From an uncultured Bacilli bacterium (lineage in GTDB: Bacteria > Bacillota_I > Bacilli_A > RF39 > UBA660): 64,000 bases of DNA. Of the stretch, positions 9,273-17,671 are shown piece after piece. Position 1 is the first letter of the stretch. Each line of letters begins with the position of its first letter. The stretch spans positions 1,094-65,093 of the forward strand of contig CAKOLH010000005.1 of NCBI GenBank assembly GCA_934096105.1. Direction: 5' to 3'. The notes under the pieces are model-generated. The model worked only from the letters and a program-made list of their open reading frames with translations, was not told where the DNA came from and searched no databases. The translations under genes and the position numbers were made by a program.

Positions 9273-9385
9273 GGCTTATATAGATGGATATGGCTGATAT
9301 ATTATTTTGAGACAATATGTTGACTCAAAATAACATTGTAAGACTAAAAAATAAGGCTTACAATGCAAATAAAATAAAAAAATAC
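9273..9385 (+). repeat. Twin-hairpin intergenic repeat, copy C (subtype I)
   Basis: 5' box ggcttatatagatggatatggctgatat. Hairpin 1 at 9302-9333 (ttattttgag/ctcaaaataa). Hairpin 2 at 9334-9365 (cattgtaag-actaaaaaataagg-cttacaatg). Confidence 0.8.
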
Positions 9386-9470
9386 TTTTATCGACAAATT
9401 TCAACAAAATTCGACATATCTTTATGCTTTAATATTTTTCACATATTTTATATGTGGAAAGGGGGTAATT

Positions 9471-9932
9471 ATGAGAGATTATGTTATTAATGAAGAACTT
9501 TTATGTTTTACCCAAGATACTATAGAAAAAGATAATGTTTTGGTTATAGAAAAGTCTAAAAGATTAACTTTTAAAGGTAATTCACTAAAGTTTTTACGAA
9601 GATGTTGTTTCTGCTACGGACATTCTTATAATATTCAGAGACAATTTGTAATAGACCATTTTAATTATTATATTAAAACTCCTATTATACTATCTGAGTA
9701 CAATAAAATAATATTATTTCCTACAGCATCACCAGAATCTAATAAATGTATTTGGCTTTCTTATAATAATATTGAAAGATATGTAGAGGCTGAAAAAAAC
9801 TATACAGAAATTTATTTTAAAGGTGGAAAAGTATTAAAAATCAGAGCTCCATATACTACTATTGACAACCAAATTACTAAGTGTATCAAGATAGAAAAAT
9901 TACTTAATAGTCTACAATATACTGAAATGTAA
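9471..9932 (+). CDS. ComK-family protein (competence transcription factor-like)
   Basis: Aligns by eye with the B. subtilis ComK core: CCFCYGHSYNIQR vs CRFFGSSYAGRK; KTPIILSEYNKIILFPTASPESNKCIWLS vs KPPIMVDPSNQIFLFPTLSSTRPQCGWIS; and TEIYFKGGKVLKI...DNQITK vs TEVTFSNGKTMEL...ENQVYR. Has a strong RBS (AAGGGGG). Confidence 0.6.
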   Translation: MRDYVINEELLCFTQDTIEKDNVLVIEKSKRLTFKGNSLKFLRRCCFCYGHSYNIQRQFVIDHFNYYIKTPIILSEYNKIILFPTASPESNKCIWLSYNNIERYVEAEKNYTEIYFKGGKVLKIRAPYTTIDNQITKCIKIEKLLNSLQYTEM

Positions 9933-10074
9933 TGAAGTCTTAAAAAATAAGGAAAAAAGGCAAAAAATGGCCTTTTTTGCTTTTAAAAATAGGCTATTTA
10001 TGATATAATTATGTATGTATAGGGATACATGAGTAGATTAATTATTTAACTACGAGCAAAAAAGAGGCTGTAAA

Positions 10075-11193
10075 ATGAAAATTACAAAAATGACATTAAA
10101 AAAATATCGTAATTATGATAATTTAGAAATTAGTTTTAATGATAATTTAAATATTATTATTGGTGATAATGCTCAAGGTAAAACTAATTTATTAGAATCT
10201 ATTTATGTTCTTGGAGTTACTAGATCTTTTTTATCTGGTAACGATAGGAATCTTATTAAATTTGAAAATAAGGCTTCTTTAATAAAAGGTGAAGTTATTA
10301 CTAATAATGGGAAAATTAATTTAGAAGTTTTAATTAACGAAAATGGTAAAGTAGTTAAAGTAAATAACAAAGAAATTAAAAAACTTAGTGATTACATATC
10401 GTTACTTAATGTTATTGTATTTAATTCTGATAGTATAAGAATATTTAAAGATAGTCCTAATTCTCGGAGAAAGTACTTTAATATTGAAATTAGTCAAATT
10501 AATAAGAAATATTTAAAGTTACTTAGTGATTATAATACTATATTAAGACAGAGAAATGAATTTCTTAAGGTAATTAATGTTAATAAGGAAAATGATATGA
10601 TGTATTTAAGTATATTGAATGAAAAGTATGTACTTTTATCCTTAGAAATATATAACTATCGGAAAAGATTTATTGATGATATTAATATGTATTTGGGTAA
10701 TTCTTTTAAATATATTACTGGATATGATGATTTAATGATTAAATATGTCTCTAATTTTAGTAATTTTGATAAGGAAACTTTTTTAAAAAAACTAAATGAT
10801 AATTTAAGTAGAGATATTCAATATAAAATGACTTTAATTGGACCTAATAGAGATGATTTTTATTTTTTATTAGGTGATAAAAATTTGTCATTATATGGCA
10901 GTCAAGGACAGATTAGAAGTGCTGTTTTAGCTCTTAAATTGTCAGAAGTTAAGTTATTTAGTAATATTACTGGTGATACACCAATACTTTTACTTGATGA
11001 TATGTTTAGTGAATTAGACATAAATAAGAAAAATAATATTTTAAAATTTTTGGATGGTAATATACAAACTATAATTACTACGACAGATATTAAGAATATT
11101 AATGAAAAAATAAAGGAAAAAGCTAATGTTTATGAAATAAAAGAAGGAAAAATTATTTCCCGGGAAATAATTTCCAAGCAGGAAGGTGATTAA
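10075..11193 (+). CDS. recF: DNA replication/repair protein RecF
   Basis: Walker [13 protein letters not shown], signature GSQGQIRS, and Walker [12 protein letters not shown]. Sits in the canonical position before gyrB. Confidence 0.93.
   Translation: MKITKMTLKKYRNYDNLEISFNDNLNIIIGDNAQGKTNLLESIYVLGVTRSFLSGNDRNLIKFENKASLIKGEVITNNGKINLEVLINENGKVVKVNNKEIKKLSDYISLLNVIVFNSDSIRIFKDSPNSRRKYFNIEISQINKKYLKLLSDYNTILRQRNEFLKVINVNKENDMMYLSILNEKYVLLSLEIYNYRKRFIDDINMYLGNSFKYITGYDDLMIKYVSNFSNFDKETFLKKLNDNLSRDIQYKMTLIGPNRDDFYFLLGDKNLSLYGSQGQIRSAVLALKLSEVKLFSNITGDTPILLLDDMFSELDINKKNNILKFLDGNIQTIITTTDIKNINEKIKEKANVYEIKEGKIISREIISKQEGD
11154..11169. promoter_or_regulatory. Noc-binding-site palindrome (NBS2), TATTTCCCGGGAAATA, inside the recF 3' end
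   Basis: A 16/16 match to the NBS consensus. It is the centre of a perfect 22-bp palindrome, aattatttcccgggaaataatt (11151-11172). It encodes KIISREII. Confidence 0.65.
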
Positions 11194-11195
11194 AT

Positions 11196-13118
11196 ATGAA
11201 TAATGAACATTATGATGCATCAGACATACAAGTTCTTGAAGGACTAGAAGCCGTTAGAAAAAGACCAGGTATGTATATAGGAACTACTGATATTAAAGGA
11301 TTACATCATTTGGTATGGGAAATAGTAGATAACTCTATAGATGAAGCTTTGGCTGGATATTGTAAAAATATAGAAGTTGTCATAAATAAGGACAATTCTG
11401 TTACTGTAAAAGATGATGGTAGAGGTATACCTGTTGGTATTCATCCAAAAACTGGAAAATCCACTGTTGAAACAGTTTATACAGTACTTCATGCAGGTGG
11501 TAAATTTGGCGGTGGCGGATACAAAGTATCTGGCGGATTACATGGAGTTGGTGCCTCTGTAGTTAATGCATTAAGCAAATGGGTTGAAGTAAGGGTTTAT
11601 AAAAATGGTAAAGTTTATTTCATTAGATTTGAAGATGGTGGTCATACTGTAGCACCTTTAAAAGTTATAGATGAGTGCTCTCCTGATAGAACTGGTACTA
11701 CAGTTACATTTAAACCTGATCCTACTATATTTGATAGTGATATTTATGATTATGAAATACTTAAGGTAAGAATTAGAGAATTAGCATTTTTAAATAAAGG
11801 ACTTTGTATTACTTTACGTGATGATAGAGATGATGAAGATACTACTGGAGAAAAATTCTTGTATGAAGGTGGTATTAGTGAATATGTAAGATTCATAAAT
11901 AAGGGAAAAACTCCTTTACATGATGATATTATTCATCTTACTGGTGAAGAAGATGGTGTTATGTTTGAAGTTGCAATGCAATATAACACTAGTTATAATG
12001 ATAATATTTATTCATTTGTTAATAATATTAACACTCACGATGGTGGAACTCATGAAGAAGGTGTTAGAAGAGCTTTAACTAGAGTTATTAATAGTTATGC
12101 TAGAAAAAATAATTTACTAAAAGAAAAAGATGATTCTTTAACTGGCGACGATGTTAAAGAAGGCCTAACAATGATTATTTCTTGCAAGCATCCTAATCCA
12201 CAGTTTGAAGGTCAAACAAAGGGTAGACTTGGTAATTCTGAAGTTAGAAAACTTGCTGATAGCGTCTTTTCACAAGGATTTGAAAGATTTTTATTAGAAC
12301 ATCCAGAAGATGCAAAGATAATAGTAAATAAGGCTTTACTTGCTTGTAGGGCTAGAAACGCTGCGAGAAAAGCAAGAGAAATTACTAGAAAAACTGATTT
12401 ATCTACTACTAATTTCTTTGGTAAATTGTCTGATTGCAAAAGTAAAGATCCTAAGGTATCTGAAATATTTATAGTCGAGGGAGATAGTGCTGGTGGATCC
12501 GCTAAAAAGGGAAGAGATTCTATGACACAAGCTATTTTGCCACTTAGAGGTAAAATTCTTAATGTTGAAAAGGCTAGACTCGATAAAGCATTATCAAATG
12601 AAGAAATTAGAACTATTATAACTGCATTTGGAACTGGTATAGGTGAAGAATTTGACTTATCTAAACTTAGATACGATAAAATTATTATAATGACCGATGC
12701 CGATGTTGATGGATCACATATTAGAGTTCTTCTTCTTACGTTATTTTATAGGTTCTTTAAACCAATTGTTGAAGCAGGCCATGTTTATGCTGCTCAACCT
12801 CCATTATTTAGAATAATGCATGGAAAAACAAGAAGATATGTACTTGATGAGAAAGAAAAAGAAGCATATTTAGCAACTCTTCCTGAAAATGTAAGAAATC
12901 GTGCTGAGATAGCTCGTATGAAAGGTTTAGGAGAGATGGATGCAGAAGAATTAAATGAAACTACTATGGACATTAATAAGAGGGTATTGCGTAGAATAAC
13001 TGTTGATGATTGTGTATCTGCTGATGCTATATTCGAAAAATTAATGGGTGATGATGTAGAACCTAGAAGGGCATTTATTGAAGAGAATGCTAGATATGTT
13101 AAAAATCTTGATATTTAG
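11196..13118 (+). CDS. gyrB: DNA gyrase subunit B
   Basis: GHKL ATPase motifs ([23 protein letters not shown]), Toprim EGDSAGG and DADVDGSHI. Confidence 0.97.
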   Translation: MNNEHYDASDIQVLEGLEAVRKRPGMYIGTTDIKGLHHLVWEIVDNSIDEALAGYCKNIEVVINKDNSVTVKDDGRGIPVGIHPKTGKSTVETVYTVLHAGGKFGGGGYKVSGGLHGVGASVVNALSKWVEVRVYKNGKVYFIRFEDGGHTVAPLKVIDECSPDRTGTTVTFKPDPTIFDSDIYDYEILKVRIRELAFLNKGLCITLRDDRDDEDTTGEKFLYEGGISEYVRFINKGKTPLHDDIIHLTGEEDGVMFEVAMQYNTSYNDNIYSFVNNINTHDGGTHEEGVRRALTRVINSYARKNNLLKEKDDSLTGDDVKEGLTMIISCKHPNPQFEGQTKGRLGNSEVRKLADSVFSQGFERFLLEHPEDAKIIVNKALLACRARNAARKAREITRKTDLSTTNFFGKLSDCKSKDPKVSEIFIVEGDSAGGSAKKGRDSMTQAILPLRGKILNVEKARLDKALSNEEIRTIITAFGTGIGEEFDLSKLRYDKIIIMTDADVDGSHIRVLLLTLFYRFFKPIVEAGHVYAAQPPLFRIMHGKTRRYVLDEKEKEAYLATLPENVRNRAEIARMKGLGEMDAEELNETTMDINKRVLRRITVDDCVSADAIFEKLMGDDVEPRRAFIEENARYVKNLDI

Positions 13119-13129
13119 GAGGTTATGTT

Positions 13130-15739
13130 ATGGAAAATGAAAATATAAAAAATGATAATAATGATATTAATGAACTTGTTGATAGAGCAATGAATGATAT
13201 TAATCAAACCGATAAAAATGAAGAGACTAAAGATGAAACTGCTGAAAATTCTGAAATAGAAGAGGATAATTTTAATGGTGATTTTCATGAAAAGGATAGT
13301 AGTACTGCTAATGACATTGTTTCTGAGGTTAAGGATTCATTTATTGACTATTCTATGAGTGTTATTACATCAAGGGCTATTCCTGACCTTAGAGACGGAT
13401 TAAAGCCTGTTCACAGAAGAATTTTATGGTCTATGTATGAAGAAGGTAATACACCTGATAAACCTCATAAAAAATCTGCAACTACTGTTGGTTATGTTAT
13501 GGGACATTATCATCCTCATGGTGATAGTTCTATATATGAAGCAATGGTTCGTTTGGCACAAGACTTTAACGAAAGATATATGTTAGTTGATGGTCATGGT
13601 AATTTTGGTAATATTGAGGGTGATGGAGCTGCTGCATATCGTTACACAGAAGCAAGATTATCTAAAATTTCTCTTGAACTTATTAGAGATATTAATAAAA
13701 ACACTGTTGATATGGATGATAATTTTGATGAGACTAGTAAAGAACCAAGAGTATTACCAAGTAGATTTCCTAATATATTAGTAAATGGTTCAATGGGTAT
13801 AGCTGTTGGTATGGCCACAAATATTCCTCCTCATAATTTAGGTGAAGTAATTGATGGTTGTGTTGCATATATTGATAATCATGATATAGATACTTTGGAA
13901 CTTATGGAGTACGTTAAAGGGCCTGATTTTCCTACTGGTGGTATTATACTTGGTAATTCAGGTATAAAAAAGGCATATGAAACTGGTAGAGGATCTATTA
14001 CTATTCGTAGTAGAGCTGAAATAGAGGAACACAATAATCATAATACTATTGTTATTACTGAGGTTCCTTATGGTGTAAACACGATGGAACTTAAGAATAA
14101 AGTTGCTGAACTTGTTAGAGATAAAGTAATTGATGGTATATCTGATTATCATACTGACTTAAAGGATGGGGTTAAAATAACTATTACTTTAAAGAGAGAT
14201 GCTAATCCACAAGTTGTACTTAATAATTTATATAAACATACTAATTTTCAAATTTCTTATGGTATTATATTTTTAATGCTTGATCAAGGAGTTCCTAAAA
14301 CTTTAGGATTAAAGGATATTATTTCTAAATATATTGATCATCAAAAGGAAGTTATTATCAGAAGAACTAGATTTGATTTAGATAAAGATGAGAGAAGAGT
14401 TCATATTTTAGAGGGTTATAAGATAGCACAAGATAATATTGATGAAGTTATTAAAATAATAAAGACCGCTAAAAGTGATGTTGAGGCTAAGGAAAAATTG
14501 ATGAGTCGATTTGCTTTATCTGAAATTCAAACTGATGCTATATTAGAATTGAAATTACGTCGTTTGACTGGAATGGAAAGAGAGAAGATTGAGGCTGAAC
14601 TTGCTGATTTACTTCTTGAAATAGAGGAATTGAAGTCTATTCTTGCTTCTGAAGAAAAAGTTCTTAATATAATTAAGAAGGAATTATTAGATATTAAGAG
14701 TAGGTATGCTGATGAAAGAAGAACTCATATTGATATGACTGCTGTTGAATATATTGAAGATGAAAGTTTAATTCCTGAAGATAAGGTTGTTATTACTTTA
14801 ACTAAGAAGGGTTATATTAAGAGATTATCTGCTTCTACTTATAAAACACAACATAGAGGTGGTGTTGGTATTAAGGGTATGTCTACTAATGAGGAAGACT
14901 TTGTCGAACAAATTCTTAACTGTTCTACTCATGATTATGTCTTATTCTTTACTAATATGGGTAAGGTTTATAGAGTTAAGGGTTATAAAATTCCTGAATA
15001 TAGTAGACAATCTAAGGGATTACCTATTATTAATTTACTTAACTTAGAACAGGGTGAGTATGTTACTGCATTGCTTAATGGCTCTAATGATAGTGAAGAT
15101 AAGTATTTGATATTTGCTACTAAAAGTGGATTGATTAAGAGAACTGATTTGGCTGAATTTTATAATATTAGAACTAATGGTAAGAGATTTATTACTTTGA
15201 GAGATGATGATGAACTTATTTCTGTTAAGGGTACTACTGGTGATAATGATATATTAATGGCTTCTTCTAATGGTAGAATGGTAAGATTTAATGAAAACTC
15301 TATTAGAGTTATGGGAAGAGGCGCTTCTGGTGTTAGAGGTATTAATTTAGATGGTGGTTTCCTTGTTGGTATGGAAGTTGTTAAACCTAATGAAGATGTT
15401 CTTGTTATTAGTGAATATGGTTATGGTAAAAAGACTCCTATTGAAGAATATAGAATAACTAATAGAGGCGGTAAGGGTGTTAAGACTATTAATATTACTG
15501 AGAAGAATGGTTCTATTGTTTCCTTTAAGACTGTTACTGATGATAAGGACTTGATAATTATCACTGATACTGGTATGATTATTAGATTAGCTGTTGATAA
15601 GATTTCTAGAATGAGTAGGGTTACTCAAGGCGTAAGACTTATTAATCTTAAGGATGAGACTAAGGTTAGTGGAACTGCTATTGTTGATAAGGACGATGAA
15701 GAACAGGTTTTAGAAGATATTAATTCAAAGAGTGAGTAA
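13130..15739 (+). CDS. gyrA: DNA gyrase subunit A, with an N-terminal acidic extension of about 55 aa
   Basis: RAIPDLRDGLKPVHRR, HPHGD and AAAYRYTEARL (active-site Tyr), plus a C-terminal beta-pinwheel. A strong RBS (AGGAGG) precedes ATG 13130. Confidence 0.95.
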   Translation: MENENIKNDNNDINELVDRAMNDINQTDKNEETKDETAENSEIEEDNFNGDFHEKDSSTANDIVSEVKDSFIDYSMSVITSRAIPDLRDGLKPVHRRILWSMYEEGNTPDKPHKKSATTVGYVMGHYHPHGDSSIYEAMVRLAQDFNERYMLVDGHGNFGNIEGDGAAAYRYTEARLSKISLELIRDINKNTVDMDDNFDETSKEPRVLPSRFPNILVNGSMGIAVGMATNIPPHNLGEVIDGCVAYIDNHDIDTLELMEYVKGPDFPTGGIILGNSGIKKAYETGRGSITIRSRAEIEEHNNHNTIVITEVPYGVNTMELKNKVAELVRDKVIDGISDYHTDLKDGVKITITLKRDANPQVVLNNLYKHTNFQISYGIIFLMLDQGVPKTLGLKDIISKYIDHQKEVIIRRTRFDLDKDERRVHILEGYKIAQDNIDEVIKIIKTAKSDVEAKEKLMSRFALSEIQTDAILELKLRRLTGMEREKIEAELADLLLEIEELKSILASEEKVLNIIKKELLDIKSRYADERRTHIDMTAVEYIEDESLIPEDKVVITLTKKGYIKRLSASTYKTQHRGGVGIKGMSTNEEDFVEQILNCSTHDYVLFFTNMGKVYRVKGYKIPEYSRQSKGLPIINLLNLEQGEYVTALLNGSNDSEDKYLIFATKSGLIKRTDLAEFYNIRTNGKRFITLRDDDELISVKGTTGDNDILMASSNGRMVRFNENSIRVMGRGASGVRGINLDGGFLVGMEVVKPNEDVLVISEYGYGKKTPIEEYRITNRGGKGVKTINITEKNGSIVSFKTVTDDKDLIIITDTGMIIRLAVDKISRMSRVTQGVRLINLKDETKVSGTAIVDKDDEEQVLEDINSKSE

Positions 15740-15761
15740 GAGTAATTATTTACTCTTTTTT
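15740..15761 (+). terminator. Rho-independent terminator after gyrA
   Basis: Stem gagtaa/ttactc followed by T6. Confidence 0.7.
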
Positions 15762-15772
15762 GTTATGTATAT

Positions 15773-15788
15773 TATTTCTCGGGAAATA
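15773..15788. promoter_or_regulatory. Noc-binding-site-like palindrome (NBS3), TATTTCTCGGGAAATA
   Basis: Identical to NBS1 (15/16 to consensus). Intergenic, about 190 bp upstream of the first parS. Confidence 0.55.
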
Positions 15789-15889
15789 ATTATTATTAGA
15801 TAAGATAAAATATCTGAGATAGCAAACAAATGTTTGCTATCTCGGATTGCTTACTAAACTTGTATTTTTTGTAGAAATATGATATAGTG

Positions 15890-15970
15890 TTGTTGATACA
15901 ACATTAATGGTGGAATCAAGTCAGGGGCGGAAGCCAGCAGCTTTAACATTTAATTAATGTGTGTATCTTT
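15890..15970 (+). ncRNA. ffs: Signal recognition particle RNA, short (4.5S-like) type
   Basis: Domain IV core GUCAGGGGC-GGAA-GCCAGCAGC at 15920-15941. It carries the conserved UCAGG / AGCA loops around a GGAA tetraloop. The core is closed by a long helix (GATACA-ACATTAAT ... ATTAATGT-GTGTATC) and followed by a T-run (15968-15975). The exact ends are approximate. Confidence 0.8.
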
Positions 15971-15975
15971 TTTTT

Positions 15976-17104
15976 ATGTTCCACGTGAAACATAAATATT
16001 AACTACTTTATTATTAGAAATATATCTACTATGTTATTATTATTATTTTAACTTTTGTTAATAATATATAATATAAAACCGAATATTAAAAGTTTTGTTT
16101 TTTATGAAATTTATTTATATTTTTCATTATTATTATTTTATAACTTATGTTCCACGTGAAACGTAAGTTTTCCACAGATTATTTATAATGACAAAAAGTA
16201 ATTACTTAAGTTTATCTTTTGATTTTAATATATACATTAATAAGTAAGACATCTTACTTATTTTAATATTTATTAATATAACGTTTCATGTGGAACGTAA
16301 ATATCCACAGTTTTACTGGTTAGTATATATCTTTGTAAAACATATTATTTAGTGTTATTCATATTCTATTATATATTTGATTATTTAAATTTTACCTTAC
16401 GCTTTTTTAACTATTATCATTTTAACAATGATAGTAATGTTCCACGTGGAACATGAGTTTTCCACAACTTTTGTATATAACCTTATTGTATCGTGTATTT
16501 TACATTTTTAATTATGTCCTCTTTTTATAAAAAAGAGTGAATTATATCATTAATTTTGATTAAAATTAATATTTTTATTGTTTTAATTTATTTATGTTTC
16601 ACGTGAAACATAAATATCAACAGTTTTTTATTTAAATGTATATATAAAAATATAATTATTGTTAAAAATCTATTTGATATTATTATTAATGTACTATTTT
16701 AACCTAAAAAATAAAATTATTACATTTTTAAACTCATTCTTTTATAATTAATTATATTTTTTGATAAATATAGTAATGTTTCACGTGAAACATGAGTTTT
16801 CCACAATTTTTTGTATAGATTTATTTTATTATGCATTGCGTTTATTTATTTTAATGTATTTTTTATAAAAAAGAGTGAATTATATCATTAATTCTAATTA
16901 AAATTGGTATTTTTATTGCTTTAAATTGATTTATGTTTCACGTGAAACTTTAACATCAACAGTTTCTATGATTGAAGCAGATATATATAATACGATTATA
17001 ATTAGAGTTATTTTGAATGTTATTATAAATATTATTATTTAATTTTCAAATTTGTGTTTTACTAATTAATTTTACTAAAAAAACTGATGTTCCACGTGAA
17101 ACAT
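15976..17104 (+). repeat. Array of eight parS (ParB/Spo0J centromere) sites; six are fused to a DnaA-box-like 9-mer
   Basis: The 18-mers are: 15976-15993 atgttccacgtgaaacat; 16147-16164 atgttccacgtgaaacgt; 16281-16298 acgtttcatgtggaacgt (degenerate); 16437-16454 atgttccacgtggaacat; 16594-16611 atgtttcacgtgaaacat; 16776-16793 atgtttcacgtgaaacat; 16933-16950 atgtttcacgtgaaactt; 17087-17104 atgttccacgtgaaacat. The consensus equals parS, TGTTNCACGTGAAACA. The downstream 9-mers are TTTTCCACA at 16168, 16458 and 16797; ATATCCACA at 16301; ATATCAACA at 16614; and ACATCAACA at 16953. Confidence 0.85.
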
Positions 17105-17196
17105 CAATTTTTTATTCATATGTTGATATGTAAAAAATTTATTATTATTTATTTTTCTGATATACTTGTTGATAGAGATTGGAGTTGGCCTATATT

Positions 17197-17622
17197 ATGG
17201 TAGAAAAATATATGAAAATGGCACTTTCAGAGGCTAAAAAGGCTTATTGTAAAGATGAGATTCCTGTTGGATGTGTTATTGTGTATAAAAATGAGGTTAT
17301 TGCCTGTGGATATAATGAAAAAGAGAGTAAAAATAGTGCAATTAGGCATGCTGAAATAGTAGCTATTGAAAATGCCTGTGGAAAACTCGAAACATGGCAC
17401 TTGGATGAATGTGTTCTTTATGTTACTTTAGAGCCTTGTATGATGTGTTTAGGTGCTATTATTGAGGCTAGAATTAAAAATGTTTATTTTGGAGCAAAAA
17501 ACAGTAACGAACAAATGTATGATAAAATTAAAGTTAAAAGCTTTGTAAATCTAACTTTTGTTAACAATGAAGCATGTTCTAAAATTTTATCTGATTTTTT
17601 TGTAAATAAAAGAAAAAAATGA
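17197..17622 (+). CDS. tadA: tRNA adenosine(34) deaminase TadA
   Basis: CDA zinc motifs HAEIVAIE and LEPCMMCLGA. The start was moved to ATG 17197 (MVEKYMKMALSEAKKA), which aligns with TadA N-termini. The ORF-track TTG is at 17179. Confidence 0.9.
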   Translation: MVEKYMKMALSEAKKAYCKDEIPVGCVIVYKNEVIACGYNEKESKNSAIRHAEIVAIENACGKLETWHLDECVLYVTLEPCMMCLGAIIEARIKNVYFGAKNSNEQMYDKIKVKSFVNLTFVNNEACSKILSDFFVNKRKK

Positions 17623-17671
17623 TGTTTATATACTTGTTTTGTGGTATAATTGATTATGAGGGAGGTAGTCT

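Noticed and set aside
15976-17104. Regularly spaced repeats could be read as a CRISPR array.
   Set aside because: The repeat core is an 18-bp perfect palindrome equal to parS. The spacing is 134-182 bp, far larger than CRISPR spacers. The 'spacers' themselves contain conserved blocks and higher-order repeats. No cas genes or leader are present.
15740-17196. An rRNA operon or tRNA genes were expected after gyrA, as in B. subtilis rrnO.
   Set aside because: The sequence is extremely AT-rich and has no 16S/23S/5S or tRNA signature (no GGTTCGAATCC-type T-arm and no anti-SD region). Only the short SRP RNA is recognisable.
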